NCBI GenBank assembly: GCA_963779945.1
Contig: CAWAAB010000001.1
Span: forward strand, 1,548,744-1,612,743
Direction of reading: 5' to 3'
Length of the DNA stretch: 64,000 nucleotides
Source: an uncultured Acidobacteriota bacterium
Lineage (GTDB): Bacteria; Acidobacteriota; Terriglobia; Terriglobales; Acidobacteriaceae
Shown here: positions 33,685 through 42,995 of the stretch, one piece after another
Numbering within the stretch: the stretch's first letter is position 1
How the letters are laid out: the number at the start of each line of letters is the position of its first letter
Program-made: the position numbers and the translations under genes
The notes under the pieces: model-generated
Database searches by the model: none
What the model saw: the letters and a program-made list of their open reading frames with translations, nothing else
Told to the model about the DNA's origin: nothing

Positions 33685-34704
33685 ATGGCCAGTATGAAAG
33701 CGGTGCAAGTCAGCAAACCGGGAGGCAATTTCGAAGTCGTGGAGCGTCCCATACCCGAGCCTGGGCGGGCGCAGGTGCGCATCAAAGTCGAAGCGTGCGG
33801 TATTTGCCACAGCGATGCGCTGGTGAAGGAAGGGCTTTGGCCGGGATTGCAGTATCCGCGCGTGCCTGGCCACGAGATTGCCGGGCGGATTGACGCAGTG
33901 GGATCCGAGGTTACACAGTGGAAGCCAGGTCAGCGTGTGGGTGTGGGCTGGCACGGTGGTCACGACTTCGTGTGTGATCCTTGCCGTCGTGGCGATTTCG
34001 TTCTCTGCCAGTTTGAACAAGTAACGGGCATCAGCTTCGATGGCGGTTATGCGGAATACATCGTGGTACCGGCTGAGGCTGTTGCCGCGATGCCTAATGA
34101 ATTGCCTGCGGACCAGGCGGCTCCTCTGATGTGCGCCGGAATTACGGTGTACAACTCGCTGCGCAATGCGGGCGCGAGGGCGGGTGATCTGGTTGCCGTG
34201 CAGGGTATCGGCGGCTTGGGACACCTGGGAATTCAATATGCCCGGCAGATGGGTTTCCGCACCGTGGCCATTGGGCGCGGAGGCGACAAGGAAGCGCTGG
34301 CGAGAACGCTGGGCGCTCACGAGTACGTTGACACCAATAAGGGGGAACCAGCGGCGGCGCTGCAAAAATGGGGCGGCGCGCGAGTGGTGCTGGCTACCGC
34401 TCCCGATTCGAAATCCATGGCAGCTTTGGTCGACGGGCTGGCACCGGGCGGCAAGCTGTTGGTGATTGGAGCCACGATGGACCCGCTGAATATCACGCCC
34501 TTACAGCTCATCATGGGCCGGCGCACGGTCCAGGGCTGGCCCTCGGGTACGGCCATGGACTCGGAGGACACGCTGCGCTTTAGCGTGCTGCTCGGAGTGC
34601 GTCCCATGATTGAGCGCTACCCGCTGGCAAAAGTTGCCGAAGCCTATCAGCAGATGATCAGCGGGAAGGCACGGTTCCGGGTGGTGCTGACGATGGGCGG
34701 GTAG
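33685..34704 (+). CDS. Zinc-dependent alcohol dehydrogenase family protein
   Basis: VEACGICHSD zinc motif and GIGGLGH NAD-binding motif. ATG at 33685. Confidence 0.85.
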   Translation: MASMKAVQVSKPGGNFEVVERPIPEPGRAQVRIKVEACGICHSDALVKEGLWPGLQYPRVPGHEIAGRIDAVGSEVTQWKPGQRVGVGWHGGHDFVCDPCRRGDFVLCQFEQVTGISFDGGYAEYIVVPAEAVAAMPNELPADQAAPLMCAGITVYNSLRNAGARAGDLVAVQGIGGLGHLGIQYARQMGFRTVAIGRGGDKEALARTLGAHEYVDTNKGEPAAALQKWGGARVVLATAPDSKSMAALVDGLAPGGKLLVIGATMDPLNITPLQLIMGRRTVQGWPSGTAMDSEDTLRFSVLLGVRPMIERYPLAKVAEAYQQMISGKARFRVVLTMGG

Positions 34705-34707
34705 GTC

Positions 34708-37281
34708 CTATCGAGAAGCGCGGTGGCGTTTGCTCTTGCGCGTTTCTTTTTTCTCTTCCACGATCGCAAACTGAATTTTCTTTTCGACCGGGTCGATGCG
34801 GTCCACCAGCACGTGGATTTTCTCGCCCAGGCGGAAGATGCGGCCGCTGCGCTGGCCGATGATTTCGCGAGTGTTTTCGTGGTAGGTGTAGCGGTCGTCG
34901 GTGAGGGAAGAGAGCGGCACCAGACCTTCAACGAAGAGGTCGGTGAGTTCTACGAAGAATCCAAACTTGGTGATGCTGATGATGAGGCCGTCGAAGTCTT
35001 CTCCCACGCGGTCCTGCATGAATTTCACTTTCTTCCATTCCATGAGGTCGCGCTCGGCTTCGTCGGCGCGGCGCTCGGCGTGGCTGGATTCCTCGGCGAT
35101 GTCGTGAAGTTCGTCGAGCGAGATGGGGCCGGTGACGGGAGTGCGCGCTTCGCGATGAGCGGCGTGGTCGCGGCGCTTGGACCATGGAGAGGGTGCGTCT
35201 TGCTCAGGGGCGAAAGCCCCGCCTTTATTTGCACGTTCATCGGCGCGACTAAAGTCGTGCCCTCCCGATCTCGCGGGCGAGGCGCCCGTGCCCACACTTC
35301 CCTGCAAGACTTCCTTCAAGATGCGGTGGACGATGAGGTCAGGATAGCGGCGGATGGGTGAGGTGAAGTGGGTGTAGGTCGGCGCGGCCAGGGCGAAGTG
35401 TCCGAGATTCTCTTCCGAGTAGCGGGCTTGCTTTAGAGAACGCAGCATCAGGTAAGAAAGAATGCGTTCTTCGGGCTTGCCGGCGATTTTTTCGGTCAGC
35501 TTCTGGTACATGCGCGGGGTGATGTGGACTTCTTTAGGGATTTCGATTTCGCGCGGGCGCTTGCCAGTGCCGTAATTGGAGCGGCGGTCGGATTTGAAGG
35601 TCATGCGTTGAACGGGCAGTGCGCCCACGCCGAGCGAATATCCGAATGTGGCGGCGATAACTTCGAAGTCATAAACCCGCTTGGCGTCGGGCTTCTCGTG
35701 GATGCGGTAAAGCGATGCGATGCGGCGGCTTTCAAGATATCCGGCGACAGATTCGTTGGCGGAGAGCATGAATTCTTCGATGAGGCGATTCGCCATGTTG
35801 CGTTCCGAGCGGGTGATGCTCTTCATGAGGCCATGCTCGTCGAATTCGATGATGGGTTCCGGCAGGTCGAAATCGATGGAGCCGCGGCGTTCACGCTTGC
35901 GATTGAGAATGAGGGCGAGGTCGCGCATCATCTCAAACATGCTCACCAGGGGGGCATAACGCTGGAGCAAGACCGCGTCGCCATCGAGGACGGCACTTAC
36001 ATCGGTGTAGGTCATGCGTTCTGCGGAGCGGATGATGCCTTCTGACAAGTCGTAGCTGACGATCTCTCCGTGATGATCGATTTCCATGACGCAGGAAAGA
36101 ACCAGGCGATCGAGGTTCGGGCGCAGGCTGCAAATGTCGGTGGAGAGTTCGAGTGGCAGCATGGGTACGGCACGGTCGGGAAAATAGACGCTGGTTCCGC
36201 GCAGGCGGGCTTCCTGGTCGAGCGCGGAGCCGGGAGTGACGTAGTGGGCGACGTCGGCAATGTGGACTTGCAGTTCGAAGTTGCCGTTGTCGAGGAGGCG
36301 GACGGTGACGGCGTCGTCGAAGTCGCGCGCGGTTTCGCCGTCGATGGTCACGATGGCGAACTGGCGGAAGTCGCGACGGGTGCGGGTCTCGGCGGCGGGA
36401 ATGGTCGCCTCGACGGCCTGCGCTTCGGCGAGAACTTCAGCCGGAAAATGGTGAGGGAGGTGAAACTTGCGAATGATGATTTCGACGTCCACACCGAAGT
36501 CGTCTTCGTAGCCGATGATCTCGACGACCTTACCGCGGGGATTTTGAGTGGCGCTGGGCCAGTCGGTGATTTCGACGTCGACCACAACGTTTTCGAGATC
36601 GTCCCAGTCGGCGCGGCGGGCAGCTTCTTCGCCCAGCACGCGATGCGGATCGTTTTGCCTCTGTGCCCTCTGTGTCCTCTGTGGTTTGGAATGTGAATTA
36701 ACCACAGAGGACACAGAGGACACAGGGGGACCTGGCTCGGGGCGCTCCAGACCCGGAGGGATGATGATTTCCTGCGAGATTTTCTGGTCGATGGGCGTGA
36801 CGTAGTTGCGGCGCTGGCCGTAGTGGAAGATGCCGACAACGGTGGCATGAGCACGGTTGACGGAGCGAATGATGCGCCCCTCGGCGCGGCCGTCGGGGCG
36901 GATGTTGCCGACTTCGACCAGCACGAGGTCCCCGTGCATGGCAGAACCGACAGCTGGCGGAGGGATAAAGATGTCCCTGGAGAGCTGGGATTTCAGAGGC
37001 TCGTTGAGAGAAGCGGGGTCGGGAATGACAAAGCCAAAGCCATCGCGATGCATGCTGAGCTTACCGACAACCATGTTCTTGCCGCTGGCCGCCTGGGGCA
37101 GAGCGTAGCGGTCGGACTCGACCTGAATGAGCTGGCCGCTGGCTACCAGGCCTGCGAGACGGTCGGAGAGTTCGCGACGGGCATCGCCGTGGAGGCCTAA
37201 CTCGCGGACCAGTTGCTTGAATCCGGCAGTCCGCTTGGGCAAGCGCTCGAGCTTCTTCAGGATGACGGAGTCGGAGAGCAT
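34708..37281 (-). CDS. rnr: Ribonuclease R
   Basis: 857 aa. Contains an RNB catalytic region (FAIVTIDGETARDFDDAV) and a basic C-terminal tail; the N-terminal and S1-like regions are assigned from size and layout. Confidence 0.9.
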   Translation of the reverse strand: MLSDSVILKKLERLPKRTAGFKQLVRELGLHGDARRELSDRLAGLVASGQLIQVESDRYALPQAASGKNMVVGKLSMHRDGFGFVIPDPASLNEPLKSQLSRDIFIPPPAVGSAMHGDLVLVEVGNIRPDGRAEGRIIRSVNRAHATVVGIFHYGQRRNYVTPIDQKISQEIIIPPGLERPEPGPPVSSVSSVVNSHSKPQRTQRAQRQNDPHRVLGEEAARRADWDDLENVVVDVEITDWPSATQNPRGKVVEIIGYEDDFGVDVEIIIRKFHLPHHFPAEVLAEAQAVEATIPAAETRTRRDFRQFAIVTIDGETARDFDDAVTVRLLDNGNFELQVHIADVAHYVTPGSALDQEARLRGTSVYFPDRAVPMLPLELSTDICSLRPNLDRLVLSCVMEIDHHGEIVSYDLSEGIIRSAERMTYTDVSAVLDGDAVLLQRYAPLVSMFEMMRDLALILNRKRERRGSIDFDLPEPIIEFDEHGLMKSITRSERNMANRLIEEFMLSANESVAGYLESRRIASLYRIHEKPDAKRVYDFEVIAATFGYSLGVGALPVQRMTFKSDRRSNYGTGKRPREIEIPKEVHITPRMYQKLTEKIAGKPEERILSYLMLRSLKQARYSEENLGHFALAAPTYTHFTSPIRRYPDLIVHRILKEVLQGSVGTGASPARSGGHDFSRADERANKGGAFAPEQDAPSPWSKRRDHAAHREARTPVTGPISLDELHDIAEESSHAERRADEAERDLMEWKKVKFMQDRVGEDFDGLIISITKFGFFVELTDLFVEGLVPLSSLTDDRYTYHENTREIIGQRSGRIFRLGEKIHVLVDRIDPVEKKIQFAIVEEKKETRKSKRHRASR
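36658..36726. repeat. Family A repeat as an inverted pair, embedded in frame inside rnr
   Basis: CCTCTGTGCCCTCTGTGTCCTCTGTGGTT, 13-nt spacer, then AACCACAGAGGACACAGAGGACACAGG. It is translated as ...PPVSSVSSVVNSHSKPQRTQRAQRQ... Confidence 0.85.
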
Positions 37282-37515
37282 TTGGGGGACAAAAGCACCT
37301 TCGAGTTGCCGCTTCTTGGTTCTCCGTCAGCATACCCGAAGCCGGCAAGGAAGTGCCTTGGGTAGGGAGAAATTGCCTGGTTCAAGCTGGGTAGGTGGCG
37401 CGTTAATCAACGAATTTCCACAAGACGGCACAGGGTTTGCGGAGTAAAATGCGATTGGTAATTGAAATGCCAGTCAAATCCTTCTATCGACACTCAGGAA
37501 AGGAATTCTAGCGCC

Positions 37516-38031
37516 ATGTGGAAGCCCACGACTCAGACTCCTACGACTCCAATCCGGCCCGGTGAACCCGAGCGTCCGGCCATGCCTACGATGCCCGTGA
37601 CTTCAGCCCCCGAGCCCGCAGGCCGTCCGGTTACAGCCACGGCGGCGGACCAGGCGACGATCGGCAAGTCTTTGGTTATTAAAGGAGAGGTGAGCGGCTC
37701 GGAGTCGCTCTATATTGATGGGCGAGTCGAGGGATCGATCAACCTGGCCGGCAACCGGGTGACGGTGGGGCGCAATGGCGTGGTTTCGGCCAACATCAAT
37801 GCGCGAGAGATTGTGGTGCTGGGAAAAGTTCGCGGCAACCTGACCGCCAGTGACCGGGTGGACATCCGCAGCGACGGTTCGTTGACCGGGGACGTAGTGG
37901 CGGCACGCATTTCAATTGAAGACGGCGCGTTCTTCAAGGGTGGCATCGATATCCGCAAGGCCGGACAAAAGCCCAACGGCGAGGAAGTGAAGCCCGCAAG
38001 CTCGACCGAAGCAGTGGCCGCGCGCGCTTAG
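37516..38031 (+). CDS. Bactofilin-family cytoskeletal protein
   Basis: The I.G.V.G...L.I.G.V.G.I beta-helix repeat pattern runs throughout. Confidence 0.85.
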   Translation: MWKPTTQTPTTPIRPGEPERPAMPTMPVTSAPEPAGRPVTATAADQATIGKSLVIKGEVSGSESLYIDGRVEGSINLAGNRVTVGRNGVVSANINAREIVVLGKVRGNLTASDRVDIRSDGSLTGDVVAARISIEDGAFFKGGIDIRKAGQKPNGEEVKPASSTEAVAARA

Positions 38032-38154
38032 GATTTCGGGAAACGATCAAGGCGGGCGCTCTCCACTTGGTGATGAGGCCCGCTGTTCTTTTGTCTGCAC
38101 TATGCTGACCCTATTCCAGCCGCACATATGCGGCACGGTTGCAAGGAGAATCTG

Positions 38155-39144
38155 ATGAGCCGCACCAGTTCAAGAATCCTAATTACCTGGCTAGGCTGTG
38201 CTTTCCTCGCGGCGGTTTCAGCCCGCAGTTCGTGGGCTGCCGCACCGAATGGCCCGACCAGCTCCAGTTCTCATCACATCCGTACCGTATTCATCATTCT
38301 GATGGAGAACCACAATTGGACGGGCGACAGTCCAAACATGAATATCAAGGGCAATCCGCAAGCGCCCTACATCAACAACACGCTGGTCCCCATCGCTTCC
38401 CACGCCGAGAGCTATTACAACCCGCCGGGCCTCCATCCCAGTCTGCCCAACTACTTGTGGCTGGAGGCTGGAACTAATTTCGGCATCCTGAATGATGGTC
38501 TTCCGAGCCAGAATTCCCAGAGCACCACGCAACACCTGGTCACGTTACTCAAGAACGCCGGCATCTCGTGGAAAGCGTATGAGGAGAATATCGACGGCAC
38601 GGACTGTCCGCTCATAAATGAGGGCCCAGTTGACCCTAACGGCAGCCAGCTATACGCTCCAAAACATGATGCGTTCGTCTATTTCGACGACGTGACCGAC
38701 AATCAGAACCCCAACTCCGCGTATTGCATCGCGCACGTACGGCCGTACACCGAATTAGCTGCAGATCTGCAGAATAACAACCTGGCCAGCTACAACTTCA
38801 TAACGCCCAATCTGTGCGACGACATGCACGATAGCTGCACCGGCGGAAATATCCCAGATGGAGACAAATGGCTTTCCCAGAATGTACCTGCGATCCTCAA
38901 CTCGACCGCATATCAGAAGAGTGGCGCGCTTTTCATCACCTGGGATGAAGCCGATGAGGGTGATGGGCCCATTGGGATGATTGTCCTTTCGCCGTTCGCC
39001 AAGGGCGGCGGATATTCGAGCCAGATCCACTACACCCACGGATCAACCCTGCGAACCATGCAGGAAATCTTCGGTGTGGGGCCGTTTCTGGGCGACGCTG
39101 CCAAAGAGACGGACCTGAAGGATTTGTTCCAGGTGTTTCCGTAG
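38155..39144 (+). CDS. Secreted phosphoesterase-family protein (PLC/acid phosphatase type)
   Basis: Signal peptide, then IRTVFIILMENHNW, typical of the phosphoesterase family. Confidence 0.75.
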   Translation: MSRTSSRILITWLGCAFLAAVSARSSWAAAPNGPTSSSSHHIRTVFIILMENHNWTGDSPNMNIKGNPQAPYINNTLVPIASHAESYYNPPGLHPSLPNYLWLEAGTNFGILNDGLPSQNSQSTTQHLVTLLKNAGISWKAYEENIDGTDCPLINEGPVDPNGSQLYAPKHDAFVYFDDVTDNQNPNSAYCIAHVRPYTELAADLQNNNLASYNFITPNLCDDMHDSCTGGNIPDGDKWLSQNVPAILNSTAYQKSGALFITWDEADEGDGPIGMIVLSPFAKGGGYSSQIHYTHGSTLRTMQEIFGVGPFLGDAAKETDLKDLFQVFP

Positions 39145-39159
39145 ACCGCCGAACCTTCC

Positions 39160-40779
39160 CTAGGGCTCCACGCCGCGACTGAGTTCTTCCGCAGTTCTTT
39201 CCGCCACGCGGGGATAGCTCGTGCCCTTCCGCAGGAGCAGATCGCGGAGCAGGTGCGATCGAGTCAGCCAGAGTCCGGCAGCGACAGCTCCAGCCCAAGT
39301 GAGGGCAGTCAACCCCAGTGATTTAAGGTCGGCCATACGGCTGCCTTGCACCAGCACACCACTCGCAATCCAATAACTCAGTGATCCCGCAATGAAAGCG
39401 GTGATGCCTGCTTTGCCTAATTCTCCCCATTCCAGTCCGTCCAGCGGTACCAGCTTGCGTTGGTGTAGCAGCAAGGCTATAGCTGCAGTGTTGGCCAGAA
39501 TTCCCAGGTCGGAGGCGATAGCGAGTCCGGGGGTGGAAAAGGCGCGATAGAGCGCGGCATACATGGGCAGCGAGGCCAGCGTGATGAGAGTGCTGGCGAC
39601 CATGGGCGTGAGCGTGTTGCCGGCAGCATAGAAAGCGCGTGAGTAGAGCGATTGTGCCGCCCAGAACGCCAGAGACAGCGAGAACCAGAAGAAATAGACA
39701 GCCGTGGTTTCGGAATCTGAAAAGCGGAAATGTCCACGGCGGTAGACCAGATCCATGAGAGGCAGGGCGATGGCGGCCATCAAACTCGTGGCCAGTAGTG
39801 ATGCGGCCACGATACGGGAAATCGATGCGTTCACGGTGGCGGCGAATTCCGGCATGCGCTTTTCTCCGAAGAGGCGGGCGAAGAAAGGCAGCGAGGCTTG
39901 GCCGGTGGCTTGTCCCAGCACCGCAATGGGCACGGCGAAGAGCCGCTTGGCGTAGTTCAGGCGAGTGATGTCTCCTACGCTGCCGGAAGCGAAGTAGCGG
40001 AGAATCCAGTCGTCGGCGGTAACCAGCGAGACTCCGATCATCAGCGGAATGGACATGCGCACCCACTCGCGAAACGCCGGATTGCGAATGTCGAAACAGA
40101 TGCGGTAGCCAGTCCCGATGCGCGCTGCCCCAATGGCATTGACCAGGAATGGGCCGAGGATGGCGCCCGCGAGGGCTCCGTAGGCCAGGGAAGAGATTCC
40201 AAGGCCGCGAGAGAATAGAACACCGCCGAGGATAATGGCCACGTTGTAGAGCAGTGGCCCGAAAGCTGGAAACAAAAACAAGCGGCGAGAAAGCAACACC
40301 GCGGACACGACGCCACCGACGTAGAAGAATATCTGCGCCGGCAGCAGGATTCGGGTGAGGTGAACGCAGAGATTGAGTTGATCGGAGTTGAAGCCACTGA
40401 ACAGATGGCGCTCGATCTGCGGAGTGAAGATTTCGGCGAGGGCGGTGCCGATGCCCAGCACGACCGTCATCACGGTGATGATGATGGAGAAAGTCTTCTG
40501 CGCGTCCTCTTCTTTGCCTTGCGCGAGGAAACGGGTATAGATGGAAACAAAGGTGATGGAGGCCGTGCCGCCGGCGACAATGTAGTTCAGCCAGTCGGGA
40601 ATGGTGAAACCGGCCACGTAGGCATCGGTCTGCGGGCCGGCGCCGAAGGCCCAGGCAATGTAGGCCTCGCGCACGTATCCGATGACGCGCGACGCCATGA
40701 TGGCTGACATCAGCAGCAGGGTAGCCGAATAGGCGCTGTGCTGGTGCGATGGCCGGAGATGGCGGAGGAACCGGTTCAT
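39160..40779 (-). CDS. murJ: Lipid II flippase MurJ
   Basis: 539 aa, polytopic. ASRVIGYVREAYIAWAFGAG is the MurJ/MviN N-terminal motif. Confidence 0.9.
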   Translation of the reverse strand: MNRFLRHLRPSHQHSAYSATLLLMSAIMASRVIGYVREAYIAWAFGAGPQTDAYVAGFTIPDWLNYIVAGGTASITFVSIYTRFLAQGKEEDAQKTFSIIITVMTVVLGIGTALAEIFTPQIERHLFSGFNSDQLNLCVHLTRILLPAQIFFYVGGVVSAVLLSRRLFLFPAFGPLLYNVAIILGGVLFSRGLGISSLAYGALAGAILGPFLVNAIGAARIGTGYRICFDIRNPAFREWVRMSIPLMIGVSLVTADDWILRYFASGSVGDITRLNYAKRLFAVPIAVLGQATGQASLPFFARLFGEKRMPEFAATVNASISRIVAASLLATSLMAAIALPLMDLVYRRGHFRFSDSETTAVYFFWFSLSLAFWAAQSLYSRAFYAAGNTLTPMVASTLITLASLPMYAALYRAFSTPGLAIASDLGILANTAAIALLLHQRKLVPLDGLEWGELGKAGITAFIAGSLSYWIASGVLVQGSRMADLKSLGLTALTWAGAVAAGLWLTRSHLLRDLLLRKGTSYPRVAERTAEELSRGVEP

Positions 40780-40781
40780 AG

Positions 40782-40859
40782 CCGCAGATTTCGCAGAAAA
40801 ACGCAGATTGAGGTTATCAGAACGAAGGAACTGCCGCAGATTTACGCAGAGGAACGCAG
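40782..40859 (+). repeat. Two family B (CGCAGAT variant) repeat copies (40782-40808, 40834-40859)
   Basis: CCGCAGATTTCGCAGAAAAACGCAGAT and CCGCAGATTTACGCAGAGGAACGCAG. The second supplies the last codons of the GxxExxY ORF. Confidence 0.75.
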
Positions 40860-41255
40860 GTGTTTCTTTTCATTAGCAAATACCAAACGTTTGAGCTTTG
40901 GACTGGGGCCAAAGTTAAGCAGCAGGCCAACCTCGAGATCTGATGCACGCAGGTAGTTCAGGAGTTGGGCTTCGTGGAAGGGCTCCAGCGCTTTGACGGC
41001 TTTAAGTTCGACGATTACGTTATCAGCGACTACCAAATCAGCTCGAAAATCGCCGATGTGTTCGCCCCGAAACCGAACCGAAAGAGGATATTGCCGTTCC
41101 ACGCTGACTCCGTCAGCTTTCAACACCCGAAACAGCGCTTCTTCGTAGATTGATTCAAGGAAGCCGTGTCCCAGTTCGTTGTAGACCTCGTAGAAAGATC
41201 GAATGATCGCTTCGGTTAATTCTTGATGTTTGTAATTGGCTGGGTCCCAGTGCAT
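40842..41255 (-). CDS. GxxExxY protein (PD-(D/E)XK nuclease superfamily)
   Basis: LGHGFLESIYEEAL contains the GxxExxY motif. ADLVV...VIVELK is the nuclease-core-like motif. Confidence 0.85.
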   Translation of the reverse strand: MHWDPANYKHQELTEAIIRSFYEVYNELGHGFLESIYEEALFRVLKADGVSVERQYPLSVRFRGEHIGDFRADLVVADNVIVELKAVKALEPFHEAQLLNYLRASDLEVGLLLNFGPSPKLKRLVFANEKKHLRSSA

Positions 41256-41341
41256 GGTTATCTTCCGACGCTAGCAGAATCGGGCCTGGATATGAGAGTT
41301 AATGGATGAAATCTTGACGCGGATTCCCATTTTGGGCCGTT

Positions 41342-41489
41342 GATCTACGCAGAAAAGCGCAGATTCAAGGTTTGAGCCGCAGATCAACGCAGGAAAGCGC
41401 AGATCAATTCTTTTTCTGCAAGAAGCAGAAGCGCGTCTGTGACCGTCAATCCCGGCAGAAGGATCAGCGTTCATCTGCGAAATCTGCGG
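41342..41489. repeat. Family B (CGCAGAT variant) copies: 41342-41364, 41377-41404 (forward) and 41473-41489 (inverted)
   Basis: GATCTACGCAGAAAAGCGCAGAT, CCGCAGATCAACGCAGGAAAGCGCAGAT, and ATCTGCGAAATCTGCGG. Confidence 0.75.
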
Positions 41490-41502
41490 CTATAATCGGG
41501 GC

Positions 41503-42852
41503 GTGTCGGACGCATTGTTGCGACGGTCATTTCGCAAGACGTTTCCTTCCGCAGTCCGTGGCGAAGGCGTGTATGTGTGGGACGCGGACGGGAAACGGTA
41601 TTTGGATTTTTCTGGCTCGGCGGCAGTGAACTTCATTGGTCACGGAGTGCAGGAAATCTCTGCCGCAATGGCGGCCCAAGCGAAGCAGTTGGAGTTTGTC
41701 CACAGCAGCCAGTTCACCACGCCGGTTGCCGAGGAATACGCCCAGGAAATGCTGGATTTTGCGGGGAAGAATTTCGCGGGCGGTTGTGTGTACTTCACCA
41801 GCGGTGGTTCCGAGTCGATTGAGACCGCGCTGAAGCTGGCGCGGCAGTATCAGGTCGAGGTCGGGCAGAGCAGACGGCATCAGGTGATCAGCCGCGGCCA
41901 GAGTTATCACGGGTCAACGCTGGGAGCGTTGGCGGTTTCGGGAAACAAGCGGCGGCGGGAGATGTATCTGCCAATGGTGCGGGAATTCCCCCATGTGGCG
42001 TTTCCCTACTGTTATCGCTGCGCTTACGACTGCACGGATGGTTGTCGTAATTGTGGACAGGAATACGCGGCGGATCTTGAAAAAGCGATTGAGGCCGCGA
42101 ATGGCCAAGCGGCCGCGTTTATTTTCGAGCCGGTGAGCGGGGCGACTTTGGGAGCGGTAGTGCCGCCTCCGGGATATTTGCAGAGCGTGGCAGAGATTTG
42201 CCGGCGGCAGGGCGTGTTGCTGATCGCCGACGAAGTTATGACCGGCATGGGACGCACCGGGCGGAATTTCGCGGTGGAACATTGGGACGTTGCGCCCGAC
42301 ATCTTGGTCGCGGCCAAGGGATTGTCGAGCGGATACGCGCCGCTAGGGGCAGTGATAGTTACGAAGCGGGTTGCTGATGCCATCGCGAAGGGATCGGGCG
42401 CGTTCTTGCACGGATTTACCTACAACTCGCACCCAATTTCAGTGGCGGCGGGCCGGGCGGTGTTGAAGGTCCTGCAACGAGAAAATCTGGTTCGTGCCGC
42501 AGACGGACTACGCGCAGGGTCGGCGGCGACGTTGCTAAAAGTTGCGCTGGAGACGCTGCGAGAGGAGAACGCAGTCGGCGATGTGCGCGGGATTGGGTTG
42601 CTATGGGGAATCGAGTTCGTAGCCGACAAGGTCAGCAAGAAACCGTTCGCGCCGGAATTGAACTTTGCTGGACGCGTTGGGCAGGCAGCGGCAAACCGAG
42701 GGTTGATGGTTTATCCGATGCAAGGCTGTGTGGACGGAATTGCGGGCGATCATCTTCTGATTGCACCTCCGGCGGTAATTACGAGTGAGGAGATCGGGTG
42801 GGCGGTAGAGCAGTTGAGCGAGGCGATTGAGGAGGCCGCAGGTAGTCCCTAA
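41503..42852 (+). CDS. Class III (omega) aminotransferase family protein
   Basis: GSESIETALKLAR motif and LLIADEVMTGMGRTG motif. 449 aa. Confidence 0.85.
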   Translation: MSDALLRRSFRKTFPSAVRGEGVYVWDADGKRYLDFSGSAAVNFIGHGVQEISAAMAAQAKQLEFVHSSQFTTPVAEEYAQEMLDFAGKNFAGGCVYFTSGGSESIETALKLARQYQVEVGQSRRHQVISRGQSYHGSTLGALAVSGNKRRREMYLPMVREFPHVAFPYCYRCAYDCTDGCRNCGQEYAADLEKAIEAANGQAAAFIFEPVSGATLGAVVPPPGYLQSVAEICRRQGVLLIADEVMTGMGRTGRNFAVEHWDVAPDILVAAKGLSSGYAPLGAVIVTKRVADAIAKGSGAFLHGFTYNSHPISVAAGRAVLKVLQRENLVRAADGLRAGSAATLLKVALETLREENAVGDVRGIGLLWGIEFVADKVSKKPFAPELNFAGRVGQAAANRGLMVYPMQGCVDGIAGDHLLIAPPAVITSEEIGWAVEQLSEAIEEAAGSP

Positions 42853-42995
42853 GTGCGGCCTCGCAGAATGCGAACAAGCACGGTCAAAATCAAAAGAATC
42901 GTGACAGCCGCCAATATTTCTCTAACCAGCATGTGAAAAATATTCCTTTACAATCTCCACCGCCTCCTCTCGCCAGATGACGAGCAGCTATTCAT

